From Candidatus Arthromitus sp. SFB-mouse-Japan (GTDB taxonomy: Bacteria > Bacillota > Clostridia > Clostridiales > Clostridiaceae), in contig NC_015913.1 of assembly GCF_000270205.1 (NCBI RefSeq), positions 480,001 through 512,000 of the forward strand: DNA of 32,000 nucleotides, read 5' to 3'. The stretch's first letter is position 1; each line of letters starts with the position of its first letter. This document shows, piece after piece, positions 8,989-17,417 of the stretch. The translations under genes and the position numbers were made by a program. The notes under the pieces were generated by a model. It saw only the letters and a list, made by a program, of their open reading frames with translations. It was not told the DNA's origin and made no database searches.

Positions 8989-10410
8989 ATGGATTGTTGT
9001 TTAGTTATAGATATCTCAAAAATAAATTTGAAAATAATGTGTATTACACTTAGAAATGATAAAATATTTCTACAAGAGGTTCATAGATGCTCAAAAATTA
9101 CTGCAAATGGTTTGAATTCTATGAAATATTTAAATGTAGATAAAATAATAAAGGAAATAAATGAGGCTTTAGTTAGTGTTAAACAAATAGGGTATAATAT
9201 TGAATCAATTTCTATAAATTCTTCTATAAATGAACCCGTTATTTTGGATGATAAAAATAATTTAATAATGGAAATATACTTAGGCATAAATATGAAATCT
9301 ATTTATTTAAATAAAATAGTAAATGAATTAGGGGCTGCGTATATTTATAGAAAAACAGGAGTTGAACTTAATAGTAATGACACTTTATGTAAACTTTTAA
9401 TGTACAAAGATTTGTATAAAAGTGAATTTAATAATATCAGAAAAATTGTTTATTTAAGTGACTATATAGGCTATAGGTTAACTGGAAATTTATTCAATGA
9501 GAGAACTCAACTTGGATTTTCGCAGTTATTTAATTTTAAAAACCAAAATATTGATAATGATATAATTGATTATGTAGGCTTTGGAAACGAAGTAGAGTTT
9601 AATATAGTAGATTATGGGAAAAGTATTGGTAAGTGTAAAGTGAATGGGGTAGATGTAATATCACCTTATGGTAATACATTATTATCATCATTATTTACTA
9701 CCCGTATATTAAATAAAAATTCTATATTTATAGTTAATTCTAACGAGGGTATTATTGGATGTACCGAAGATTTTTCTAAAATGTATCTTGAAGGTTCTAA
9801 ATTTGGATTAAATCATCAGATGATTAATAGTGATTTAGTAAAAATATTTAGATATATACCTTGTTATAAGTTAGTTGATGATTTTTTGAAAAATATAGAA
9901 AATAACTTTATGGTCGAGAACTTATGGAATATTTTAGATAGTAATGGAGATATAAACTATATTATAGATTTTGATAGTGATATATTTAAAAATTCGGCGG
10001 TATTAATGAATATCGTAAAATATTATTTTGATTTTAAATTAAATAGTATGCCAAATTCAATTTCTGATTTTATAAGAATTGTTTACAATAGTTTTGCTGT
10101 GTATTATAGGAAGTGTATAAAAGATTTTGAAAAAGTAACAGGTGGAATATTTGATAGTATATGTATGGTTGGAGAGTATAGTTTAAATAATTTTTATAAT
10201 CAATTTATATCTGATATTACATTGAAGGATTTGGAAATTGGACCTAAAGATTCTGGAATTATAGGGAATGCAATAAATCAGTTTATTGCGATTGGTAAGA
10301 TAAAAAATATTTATGATATAGATGATTTGCTTAAAAATTCATTTAATTATTCAAAGATAAAATATAGTGGGAGAAAGATTGAGTACCAATATATAGAAAA
10401 TATAGTTTAA
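8989..10410 (+). CDS. FGGY carbohydrate-kinase-fold protein, rhamnulokinase-like, with degenerate catalytic motifs
   Basis: The 473-aa ORF follows AGGGGTGA. It is collinear by eye with E. coli RhaB (CLVIDIS..., REVHRC, SISINS, LSDYIGYRLTG, ICMVGEYSLNNFYNQFISD, IGPKDSGIIGNAINQ). The phosphate-binding loops and the catalytic Asp position are substituted (see findings). Confidence 0.7.
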   Translation: MDCCLVIDISKINLKIMCITLRNDKIFLQEVHRCSKITANGLNSMKYLNVDKIIKEINEALVSVKQIGYNIESISINSSINEPVILDDKNNLIMEIYLGINMKSIYLNKIVNELGAAYIYRKTGVELNSNDTLCKLLMYKDLYKSEFNNIRKIVYLSDYIGYRLTGNLFNERTQLGFSQLFNFKNQNIDNDIIDYVGFGNEVEFNIVDYGKSIGKCKVNGVDVISPYGNTLLSSLFTTRILNKNSIFIVNSNEGIIGCTEDFSKMYLEGSKFGLNHQMINSDLVKIFRYIPCYKLVDDFLKNIENNFMVENLWNILDSNGDINYIIDFDSDIFKNSAVLMNIVKYYFDFKLNSMPNSISDFIRIVYNSFAVYYRKCIKDFEKVTGGIFDSICMVGEYSLNNFYNQFISDITLKDLEIGPKDSGIIGNAINQFIAIGKIKNIYDIDDLLKNSFNYSKIKYSGRKIEYQYIENIV

Positions 10411-10415
10411 TTTCT

Positions 10416-10448
10416 AAATAGCTACCTCTAGGAGGTAGCTATTTTATT
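10416..10448 (+). terminator. Rho-independent terminator after the FGGY-like gene
   Basis: A perfect 13-bp stem pairs aaatagctacctc (10416-10428) with gaggtagctattt (10432-10444). A TTTTATT tract follows. Confidence 0.8.
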
Positions 10449-10518
10449 GTTTAAATATGGATTTATTAGAATATTTTATGGTATAATTAGGGATAATTTT
10501 AGTTTGGGGGATAGTTTG

Positions 10519-11514
10519 ATGAAAAAATATGTAACACTTGTTCCGGAGTCAAGTCATCATATATATAAGATAGGATTGGGTACATATGATATATTAAAAA
10601 GTGGATTATCTGATGAAAAATTGAGAGAATTATTGACTGATTTTTTAGATATGGGAGGAAACGTAATAGATACCTCAATATCTGAGTTAGGATTGAGAAG
10701 GGATGAAGTAGAAGAATCTCAAAAATTTATTGGTAGATGGATTAGTTCTTGTAATAGACGTGAAAGTATTTATTTGATTTCTAAAAGTTCGTTTCTTTTA
10801 AGTAATAATACTTTTGATTCTTTATTGAATGATTTAAATATTAGTCTAAAAAATTTAAATACCGATTATTTAGATTTATTTTTAATTGATGGCGATGATG
10901 AGAAAACAGATGTTTCATTAATACTTGGATATTTAGAGGATATCAAAAAGGATGGAAAGATATTAAATTATGGATGCTCTAATTGGAAGCCTTATAGAAT
11001 TAGACAAGCTATGGAATATGCAAAGAAACATAATATAGGAGGTTTTGTAGTTAATCAAATGTTATGGAATGCGGGAGTTTTTGGAATGGATGAATCTAAA
11101 ATAGAAGATAAGTATGTAAAGATGGATTCTGAAATGATGGATATACATAATGAATTTAATATATTAGCCATGCCATATTCCGCATTAGCAAATGGTTTTT
11201 TTGCAAAACTTTATTTAAATGAAATGGAGCCACAAACTGTAGATATGGAAGAATTAAAACTAACTTCACCATATTATACAGAAAAAAATTTGGATTTATA
11301 TGAAGAATTGAAAATCATAGGTGAAAAGTATATAGCATCACCCTCATGGGCTGCACTTGGATATTTATTTAATCAGAATATAGAAACGTGTTCTATAATA
11401 TCTGTTAATAATTTAAACCAGTTAAAGGAAGCCTTTGAAGCTGTTGATATAAAATATACTTTCGAAGATTTTAAGAGTATAGATATGTTTAATATTGATG
11501 AAATTTTAGTTTAA
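10519..11514 (+). CDS. Aldo/keto reductase family protein with a non-canonical active-site tetrad
   Basis: AKR-like blocks are IGLGTYD, NVIDTS, SQKFIGRW, YLISKS, YLDLFLIDG, GCSNW and VVNQMLWN. ATG 10519 is preceded by TTGGGGGA. The track's TTG 10447 lies inside the upstream terminator and was rejected. Confidence 0.7.
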   Translation: MKKYVTLVPESSHHIYKIGLGTYDILKSGLSDEKLRELLTDFLDMGGNVIDTSISELGLRRDEVEESQKFIGRWISSCNRRESIYLISKSSFLLSNNTFDSLLNDLNISLKNLNTDYLDLFLIDGDDEKTDVSLILGYLEDIKKDGKILNYGCSNWKPYRIRQAMEYAKKHNIGGFVVNQMLWNAGVFGMDESKIEDKYVKMDSEMMDIHNEFNILAMPYSALANGFFAKLYLNEMEPQTVDMEELKLTSPYYTEKNLDLYEELKIIGEKYIASPSWAALGYLFNQNIETCSIISVNNLNQLKEAFEAVDIKYTFEDFKSIDMFNIDEILV

Positions 11515-11615
11515 TATTTTAAGAGATGAATATATAAAAAGTGTATTTTTAGGGGAAGTTATTAAAATATATCTATATATAGAGTTTTGTATTATTAAAT
11601 TTCGGAGGGGAAATT

Positions 11616-12785
11616 TTGAGAGAATTTTGGAAAGATATTAAGAGTCATAAGTTTTTTACAATTTTTATTATGGTTATTATATTGATTCTGTTATATAAGG
11701 GTATTGATTATGTACCAGAAGTTTGGGGTAATATTAAAGTATTTTGGGTTAATTTATTTAGTATATGCCAACCAATAATTATTGCGGCAATTATGTCATA
11801 CATATTAAAACCATTGGTAAATTTACTAGATAAAGGATATTTTAGATTATTTTATAAAATTAAGAAAGATCAAGATCCATTAGAAGTTGTTTCTAAGAAA
11901 CAATTTGGTAGGATAAGGCTATTAACTATTGTAACAGTAATGTTAGTTTTAGGATCTGCGGTTGCTATACTTATAGCATTTATATTGGAACCGTTTTTAA
12001 ATAGTTTAAAAGCTCTTATAAAAGAGTTGCCAGCCTATGTCGATATAATTATAAGATTTTTAAATAATTTTGAGATTGATCCAAATATTATTAATGTAAT
12101 AAATGAGAAAGTAGGATATTTCCTAAATAATAATTTTAAAAATCTTTTGGATGTGTCTATTTCTGCTTTGACGGCTTTTATTTCCAGCACTGGTGTATTT
12201 ATATTTAATTTATTGGTAGCTGTAATTTTATCTGTATATATGTTAAGAGATAAAGAAAAAATATCAAAATTTTTCTCAACATTATCTGATATCATATTTA
12301 AAAAGCATATTAGTACGAAGATTAAAAATTTTACATTAGATTTTGATCAGGTGTTCGGTGGATATTTTACAGGACTTATAGTAGATGCAGTATTTGTTGG
12401 GGTTTGTTCATTTATTTTAACGTATATTATAAAAAATCCATATGCAGTTATAATTGGGGTGTTAGCTGGTATGAGTAATGTTATACCTTATTTGGGTCCA
12501 CTGATTGGGGCTATAGGTGCTTTTGTATTGGGATTACCATCCGGATTTAGCGTAGCTATACTTGGATTTTTATTATTAATGGCATTTCAGCAGATAGAAG
12601 GTAATTTAATTCAGCCTAAGATACTAGGGGATTTTGTTGGATTGCCGCCACTTGTTGTTATAGTTTCTTTAATAATAGGTGGAGGATTGTTTGGAATTGG
12701 TGGAATAATATTATCATCACCTGTTGTTGGTGTAATTTCTCTCTATTATAGGAGATATTTGAAGAAGATAGATAAAGAAATTTAA
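11616..12785 (+). CDS. AI-2E family transporter (PerM/YhhT, UPF0118)
   Basis: The 389-aa polytopic membrane ORF carries the family's C-terminal signature QQIEGNLIQPKILGDFVGLPPLVVIVSLIIGGGLFGIGGIILSSPV. It starts at TTG, 5 nt after GGAGGGG. Confidence 0.85.
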   Translation: MREFWKDIKSHKFFTIFIMVIILILLYKGIDYVPEVWGNIKVFWVNLFSICQPIIIAAIMSYILKPLVNLLDKGYFRLFYKIKKDQDPLEVVSKKQFGRIRLLTIVTVMLVLGSAVAILIAFILEPFLNSLKALIKELPAYVDIIIRFLNNFEIDPNIINVINEKVGYFLNNNFKNLLDVSISALTAFISSTGVFIFNLLVAVILSVYMLRDKEKISKFFSTLSDIIFKKHISTKIKNFTLDFDQVFGGYFTGLIVDAVFVGVCSFILTYIIKNPYAVIIGVLAGMSNVIPYLGPLIGAIGAFVLGLPSGFSVAILGFLLLMAFQQIEGNLIQPKILGDFVGLPPLVVIVSLIIGGGLFGIGGIILSSPVVGVISLYYRRYLKKIDKEI

Positions 12786-12791
12786 TAAGTG

Positions 12792-12826
12792 TAAAGGTGT
12801 ATTGATGTGATATCAGTACACCTTTA
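12792..12826. terminator. Bidirectional terminator hairpin between the AI-2E transporter and the convergent VOC gene
   Basis: A 10-bp stem pairs taaaggtgta (12792-12801) with tacaccttta (12817-12826). There is extra inner pairing (tgat/atca). It overlaps the stop codon of the VOC gene. Confidence 0.7.
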
Positions 12827-13198
12827 TGTTTGTTTAAGTGAAAATATATTTCCATCATCATCATTGAATTCTGTAAAGATTCCATATCCTGTATCTAAGG
12901 GTTCTCTTAAAAATTTTACACCTTTTGAAGAGAGTTCGTTGTATGTTGATTGTATATCATCGGTAAAGAATGTTATTTCTTTATATGATTTTTTAGAATC
13001 AGTTCTTAAACTTTTTGGATATAGTACAAGTGATGTCGTGCCTTCCTGAGGGATTACTTCTGTCCAAGTATATTTTCCTTCTATTTGGATATCTTCTTTT
13101 ATTTTAAAGCCCATTTTTTTTGACCAAAATTCTTTAGCTTTATTTTGATCTTTAACGAAAATAAATACATTACATAGATTTTTAATCATAATTTTCAC
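12824..13198 (-). CDS. VOC (glyoxalase/bleomycin-resistance/dioxygenase) family protein
   Basis: The 124-aa ORF has a typical VOC layout: VFIFVKDQNKAKEFWSKKMGF at the N-terminus and FFTDDIQSTYNELSSKGVKF...EFNDDDGNIFSL at the C-terminus. Confidence 0.8.
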   Translation of the reverse strand: MKIMIKNLCNVFIFVKDQNKAKEFWSKKMGFKIKEDIQIEGKYTWTEVIPQEGTTSLVLYPKSLRTDSKKSYKEITFFTDDIQSTYNELSSKGVKFLREPLDTGYGIFTEFNDDDGNIFSLKQT

Positions 13199-13385
13199 CC
13201 CTATAAAAAATTAAGGTTAATAAATTTTTATGATTATATCGTAAAATACTTATATTTATTCAATAATTTTTAGTAATTAACGGTTAATTAATAAATTGAA
13301 TAAATTAGTTAAATAATTTAATTAATTAATATTAATACTAAAGAGTGTGGTAATGAAATTTTTACATAGAGTTAAGGTGATATTT

Positions 13386-16300
13386 ATGAGTGATAGTTTG
13401 AGAAAGTATCAAGATATTTCTGTTAATTTAACTTTAGATAATAGGACAATATATTTAGATAATCTTCACGATGAGGATTTTTTAGATTTATATATTTTAA
13501 AAAGTTATAACGAAGAAGTTTATTCCAATTTTATTAATTTTATATTTTCAGAGAATTGGGATATATTAAAAATTGTTGAAGACCCTTTAACTTGGCAGAG
13601 TGATAGATTATTTAAAATTAGGGAGTTAGCTAATAGGAATAAAAAAGAAAAGCTTGAGAAGTTTGAGGTGAATGATGATTTTTCAAGCATAAAAGAGTAT
13701 GAGATATTTTTAGATGATTTTTATAAGGGAAACATAAACAAAAATTTGGATTTATTAAATGCGCAGTATAGTAGCATGAATGATGTTATTTTAAATTTAG
13801 ATAAGTTGTGTAAAGAAAATAAAAGTAGGGATTTATATATAGGGTATCCGTTTGTTGAGGGATATATTGACAGCACAAGTTTTGTTCGTATGCCATTTTT
13901 TTTAATACCTGTTGAAGTTTTTAATGATAATAATGAGTGGTTTATAAGGAAGAAGATTGAAAGTAAAATAAAGATAAATAGATATTTGATTATTATACTT
14001 CAAAGGATTTTTAAACACAAGAATTTGGAAATTAAGCTTGATTATGAGTTTAAGAAAGATTTTAAAAGAGATATTTTAAAATTAGCATTAGATTTTTTGA
14101 AAAGTTTAGATATAAGTTTTAGTAATAATGAAGGAATTTTAGATAATAAGTTTGATGAATTTTCAGGTGTATTAAGAAGTTTAAGTAGTGATAATCCATA
14201 TTTAGAGATTAAAAATTATTTGGTTCTTGGTGATTTTCAGGTAATAGGAGAAGAGTATGAAGATTATGAATCACTCATTTATGTGGATATATCTAATACT
14301 CTTGTAGGGAGATTAATTTCTGGAAGTGATAACAAAGAGAAATACAAGGAAGATATAAACAAAGAAATTTATGTGAGAGATAAACTTGATTTTAGTCAGA
14401 AACAATCTATTTGTCTAAGTGATGAGAGTTATATTACACTTGTAAATTCAAATTTGGATGTGGGCAAGGATACTACTATAACTAATTTTGTATTTGATAA
14501 GATTTGTAAAAATAAGAGTTTGCTTATAATTTCTAGGGATAAGGAATATTTGGAAAAATTGTATAATGAATTCTCTTTTACAAAATCAATTATTATGGAC
14601 TTATTCCAAAATGATTTTTATCAAAAATTTTATAGAAGTTTTGATAGGATACTTAATTTTCGAGAAGATTTTGAAATAAAAAGGGTATTTAATGAAATTT
14701 TAAAAGAGATTAATGAAAAGTATAATTTTATAGAAGATTCTAATGGCATTTACAATAAAATAGAGAGCTTTGGTTTGTCGCTTAAGGATATGTATGAATT
14801 AACTATGGATGTAAGTGACAGTAGTATTGATAAAATGTCATTTAATAAATTTAAATTGAATAATCCTGTTTCTGGTTGTACATTCAATGAGATTGTGCAC
14901 GCAATTGATGAAATTAAAGATAAAAATTTGATAGATATTTTTATATCTCATAAGGAATATTTAAATAAACATAAAATTTTAAATTTAATCAGAGAAGATT
15001 TTAATTTCGAAGATATAAATTTATATTTAGATAAATTAAAGGCTCTTAGACAAAAATATGATAAGTTAGCTTTAAATTTTGAAAAAAATAAATGTAGTCT
15101 TAGTGTGATTAGGTTATTCAAAGAGAATAAATTTTCTAAAGATGAGATTATAGATAAGTGTTTTAAATATAGTGAATACTACATTGAATCTGAAAATGAT
15201 AATAATTATGATTCTTCAGAATCTTGGTTTAAAAGTTTAGGTTTTGGGAAAATCAAAAGAAAAAGTATTGAACTTAACAGGCAAGCTTTATTAAATACTG
15301 AGATGTATTATGAAGCTATAAAAGAAATTGATCATGATATTAGTTTTATTGGAGATATAGTAAAGCATGATAAATTTGAATTTATTAGGAATAGAATATT
15401 TGATTTTAATGATGTAACGCATTATACAGGTAATCTTTTGAATATGATGGATACTTTTCATGAATTTATAGAGTATAGTTATAAAATTAAAAATTTCAGT
15501 ATGCTTGTTAATGATATATTAGAATATATATATGATAATTCTATCAATGAGAAAATGATGCGAGATAATTTAGATAAAATTTTGAAATTTTCTATATTTG
15601 TAAATATTTTAAGACGTCATAATAAACATGGGGATACACTTGAGAATTATAAAATGGTTGATAGATATTTTGATAATCTTATGAAATTATTTGATAAGAG
15701 AGCGTGTAATTTAGAAAGATTTGTATTAAATAAGGTTCTGTCTGAAGCAAAGGAAAGTTTAATTAATAATGATAATAAAATAGATAAAAATTCTTTTTCA
15801 AATATTTCTAGATATTTAATTAAAGATTTTATAAGCACTTTTAATAAGGAATGTTTAAAATTATTTCCATGTTTTTTAATCGATTATGATAGTTTGTCTT
15901 CAAATATACCTTTAATCGAAGGATTATTTGATTATATAGTTTTTGTAGATGGACATAATTATTTTTTAGAAGATATTTTACCTGTAGTGTATAGAGGTAA
16001 AAGATTGGTTGTATTCGGAAGTGATAATCAAATTAATTGCAGTAGTAAGAGTTATAATATAATATCTTATGATGTTACAGAGATTTCAAATAATGTGTTT
16101 AAATTTGTGAGTGATAAATTTAATAGGGTAAATTTAAAATATATGTATCCGTCTGGAAATGAAATTTTTAGGGATATATTAAATAGTTTATTTAGTATTG
16201 AAGACATTATTTCATTACCTAGAGACAGGAAATATTCAGATATTGACAATCCATTTATGATATTTACTATAGGGAATAAAGGTATAGAGAATATAAATGA

Positions 16301-17303
16301 ATATGAGGCTAAATTTGTTGTAGATCTTTTATTTAAACATTTGAAAATTAAGAAATATGAGGATTCTATTGGAATAATTACAATTAGTAAAAGTCACGCA
16401 GATTTAATAAAAAAAGTAATTAGTGATAGATTGAAGGTAGATGAGGAATTTAATTTCTTGTATAACAGGGAATGTAAAAAGTATAAATCAAATGCTGGAA
16501 TATACATAAGTAGCATTCCTGAAATTTTATATAAGAAGATAGATATTGTGATATTTTCTCTAGGTGGTGAGAGAAATATAGAAAATGAGGTAGAAATTAA
16601 GTTTAGTGATATAGAAGGTCGGAATTGTAGAAATAAACTAAATATGTTTTTAATGATGACTCAATATGAAATGGATATAGTTACGTCACTCAGTATAAGT
16701 GATATTGAGAGTAAAGAATATTCAAATGAAAACGCAAATATTTTAAAAAAATATTTGCATTATGCCAATGAAATTTATAATGGTAATGTGGATAAAATTA
16801 TGAATGAGTTAAATTGTGATGAAAGTGATAATAGTAAAGTTAATAAAATATTAGATATTATTTGTGATAAGTTACTTGATAGGGGACTTATTGTAGAGAA
16901 AAATTTCGGAACTTCATTTTATAAATTTGATTTTGCGATATATGATAAAGACCTTAAAAAATATGTTTTATTTGTAGAACTTGAATCCAGTATAGTTGAT
17001 AAATTCAAGTGTAGGTTGGAGCAATATATAGATTGTTTTATTTATTTTGATAAACTTGGATATAATGTTTTGAAAATTTGGAGTAAAGATTTGTGGAGTG
17101 ATATAGATTTTCAGGTTGAGAATATAATTTATAATTATTTTTTAGTTAGGGATAAATTGTTGAAGTATAATTCTAATAGAAAGTGCGTTGATAGTTTGAT
17201 TAATAGAAATGGAGTATTAAGCAAGTTTGTTAAGATTATTGAAAATAGAAGAATAGGAATGCTTTTCTCTGAGAAGGCTGATAAAGATTTTATAAAAAGA
17301 TAG
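13386..17303 (+). CDS. Large DUF4011-like / Upf1-like SF1 helicase-fold / C-terminal restriction-endonuclease-like (DUF559/MTES_1575-type) protein with degenerate ATPase motifs
   Basis: The N-terminal block DLYIGYPFVEG...FVRMPFFLIPVEV resembles the DUF4011 core. The helicase scaffold is recognisable: SNLDVGKD at 14448-14471, FDYIVFVDGHNY around 15930-15962, and LVVFGSDNQ at 16005-16031. The C-terminus YKFDFAIYDKDLKKYVLFVELESS...LGYNVLKIWSKDLW resembles the REase-like tail. ATG 13386 follows AAGGTGA; the track's GTG 13347 is less likely. Confidence 0.65.
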   Translation: MSDSLRKYQDISVNLTLDNRTIYLDNLHDEDFLDLYILKSYNEEVYSNFINFIFSENWDILKIVEDPLTWQSDRLFKIRELANRNKKEKLEKFEVNDDFSSIKEYEIFLDDFYKGNINKNLDLLNAQYSSMNDVILNLDKLCKENKSRDLYIGYPFVEGYIDSTSFVRMPFFLIPVEVFNDNNEWFIRKKIESKIKINRYLIIILQRIFKHKNLEIKLDYEFKKDFKRDILKLALDFLKSLDISFSNNEGILDNKFDEFSGVLRSLSSDNPYLEIKNYLVLGDFQVIGEEYEDYESLIYVDISNTLVGRLISGSDNKEKYKEDINKEIYVRDKLDFSQKQSICLSDESYITLVNSNLDVGKDTTITNFVFDKICKNKSLLIISRDKEYLEKLYNEFSFTKSIIMDLFQNDFYQKFYRSFDRILNFREDFEIKRVFNEILKEINEKYNFIEDSNGIYNKIESFGLSLKDMYELTMDVSDSSIDKMSFNKFKLNNPVSGCTFNEIVHAIDEIKDKNLIDIFISHKEYLNKHKILNLIREDFNFEDINLYLDKLKALRQKYDKLALNFEKNKCSLSVIRLFKENKFSKDEIIDKCFKYSEYYIESENDNNYDSSESWFKSLGFGKIKRKSIELNRQALLNTEMYYEAIKEIDHDISFIGDIVKHDKFEFIRNRIFDFNDVTHYTGNLLNMMDTFHEFIEYSYKIKNFSMLVNDILEYIYDNSINEKMMRDNLDKILKFSIFVNILRRHNKHGDTLENYKMVDRYFDNLMKLFDKRACNLERFVLNKVLSEAKESLINNDNKIDKNSFSNISRYLIKDFISTFNKECLKLFPCFLIDYDSLSSNIPLIEGLFDYIVFVDGHNYFLEDILPVVYRGKRLVVFGSDNQINCSSKSYNIISYDVTEISNNVFKFVSDKFNRVNLKYMYPSGNEIFRDILNSLFSIEDIISLPRDRKYSDIDNPFMIFTIGNKGIENINEYEAKFVVDLLFKHLKIKKYEDSIGIITISKSHADLIKKVISDRLKVDEEFNFLYNRECKKYKSNAGIYISSIPEILYKKIDIVIFSLGGERNIENEVEIKFSDIEGRNCRNKLNMFLMMTQYEMDIVTSLSISDIESKEYSNENANILKKYLHYANEIYNGNVDKIMNELNCDESDNSKVNKILDIICDKLLDRGLIVEKNFGTSFYKFDFAIYDKDLKKYVLFVELESSIVDKFKCRLEQYIDCFIYFDKLGYNVLKIWSKDLWSDIDFQVENIIYNYFLVRDKLLKYNSNRKCVDSLINRNGVLSKFVKIIENRRIGMLFSEKADKDFIKR

Positions 17304-17325
17304 TAGGTTACTACTATCTTTTTTT
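17294..17325 (+). terminator. Rho-independent terminator after the helicase-like gene
   Basis: A 10-bp stem pairs aagatagtag (17297-17306) with ctactatctt (17311-17320), extended by A/T pairs. A T7 run follows. It overlaps the stop codon. Confidence 0.8.
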
Positions 17326-17348
17326 GATTACAAAATTATTTCAAAATG

Positions 17349-17377
17349 TTGAACAAAATATTGAAATATGTTAATAT
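17349..17377 (+). promoter_or_regulatory. Putative sigma-A-type promoter for the essC-like gene
   Basis: TTGAAC (17349-17354), a 17-nt spacer, then TAATAT (17372-17377), about 40 nt upstream of ATG 17418 (SD AGAGGGGA). It is embedded in an array of CAAAAT(A/G)TTGA repeats. Confidence 0.45.
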
Positions 17378-17417
17378 GTTGTTTACAAAATATTGATAAA
17401 ATTTGTAAGAGGGGATT

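Noticed and set aside
17304-17417. A small WXG100/EsxA-like gene might be hidden in the intergenic regions around essC (also 13199-13385 and 21968-22059).
   Set aside because: - The gaps are too short for a protein of about 95 aa.
- They contain terminator and promoter elements.
- The track shows no ORF there.
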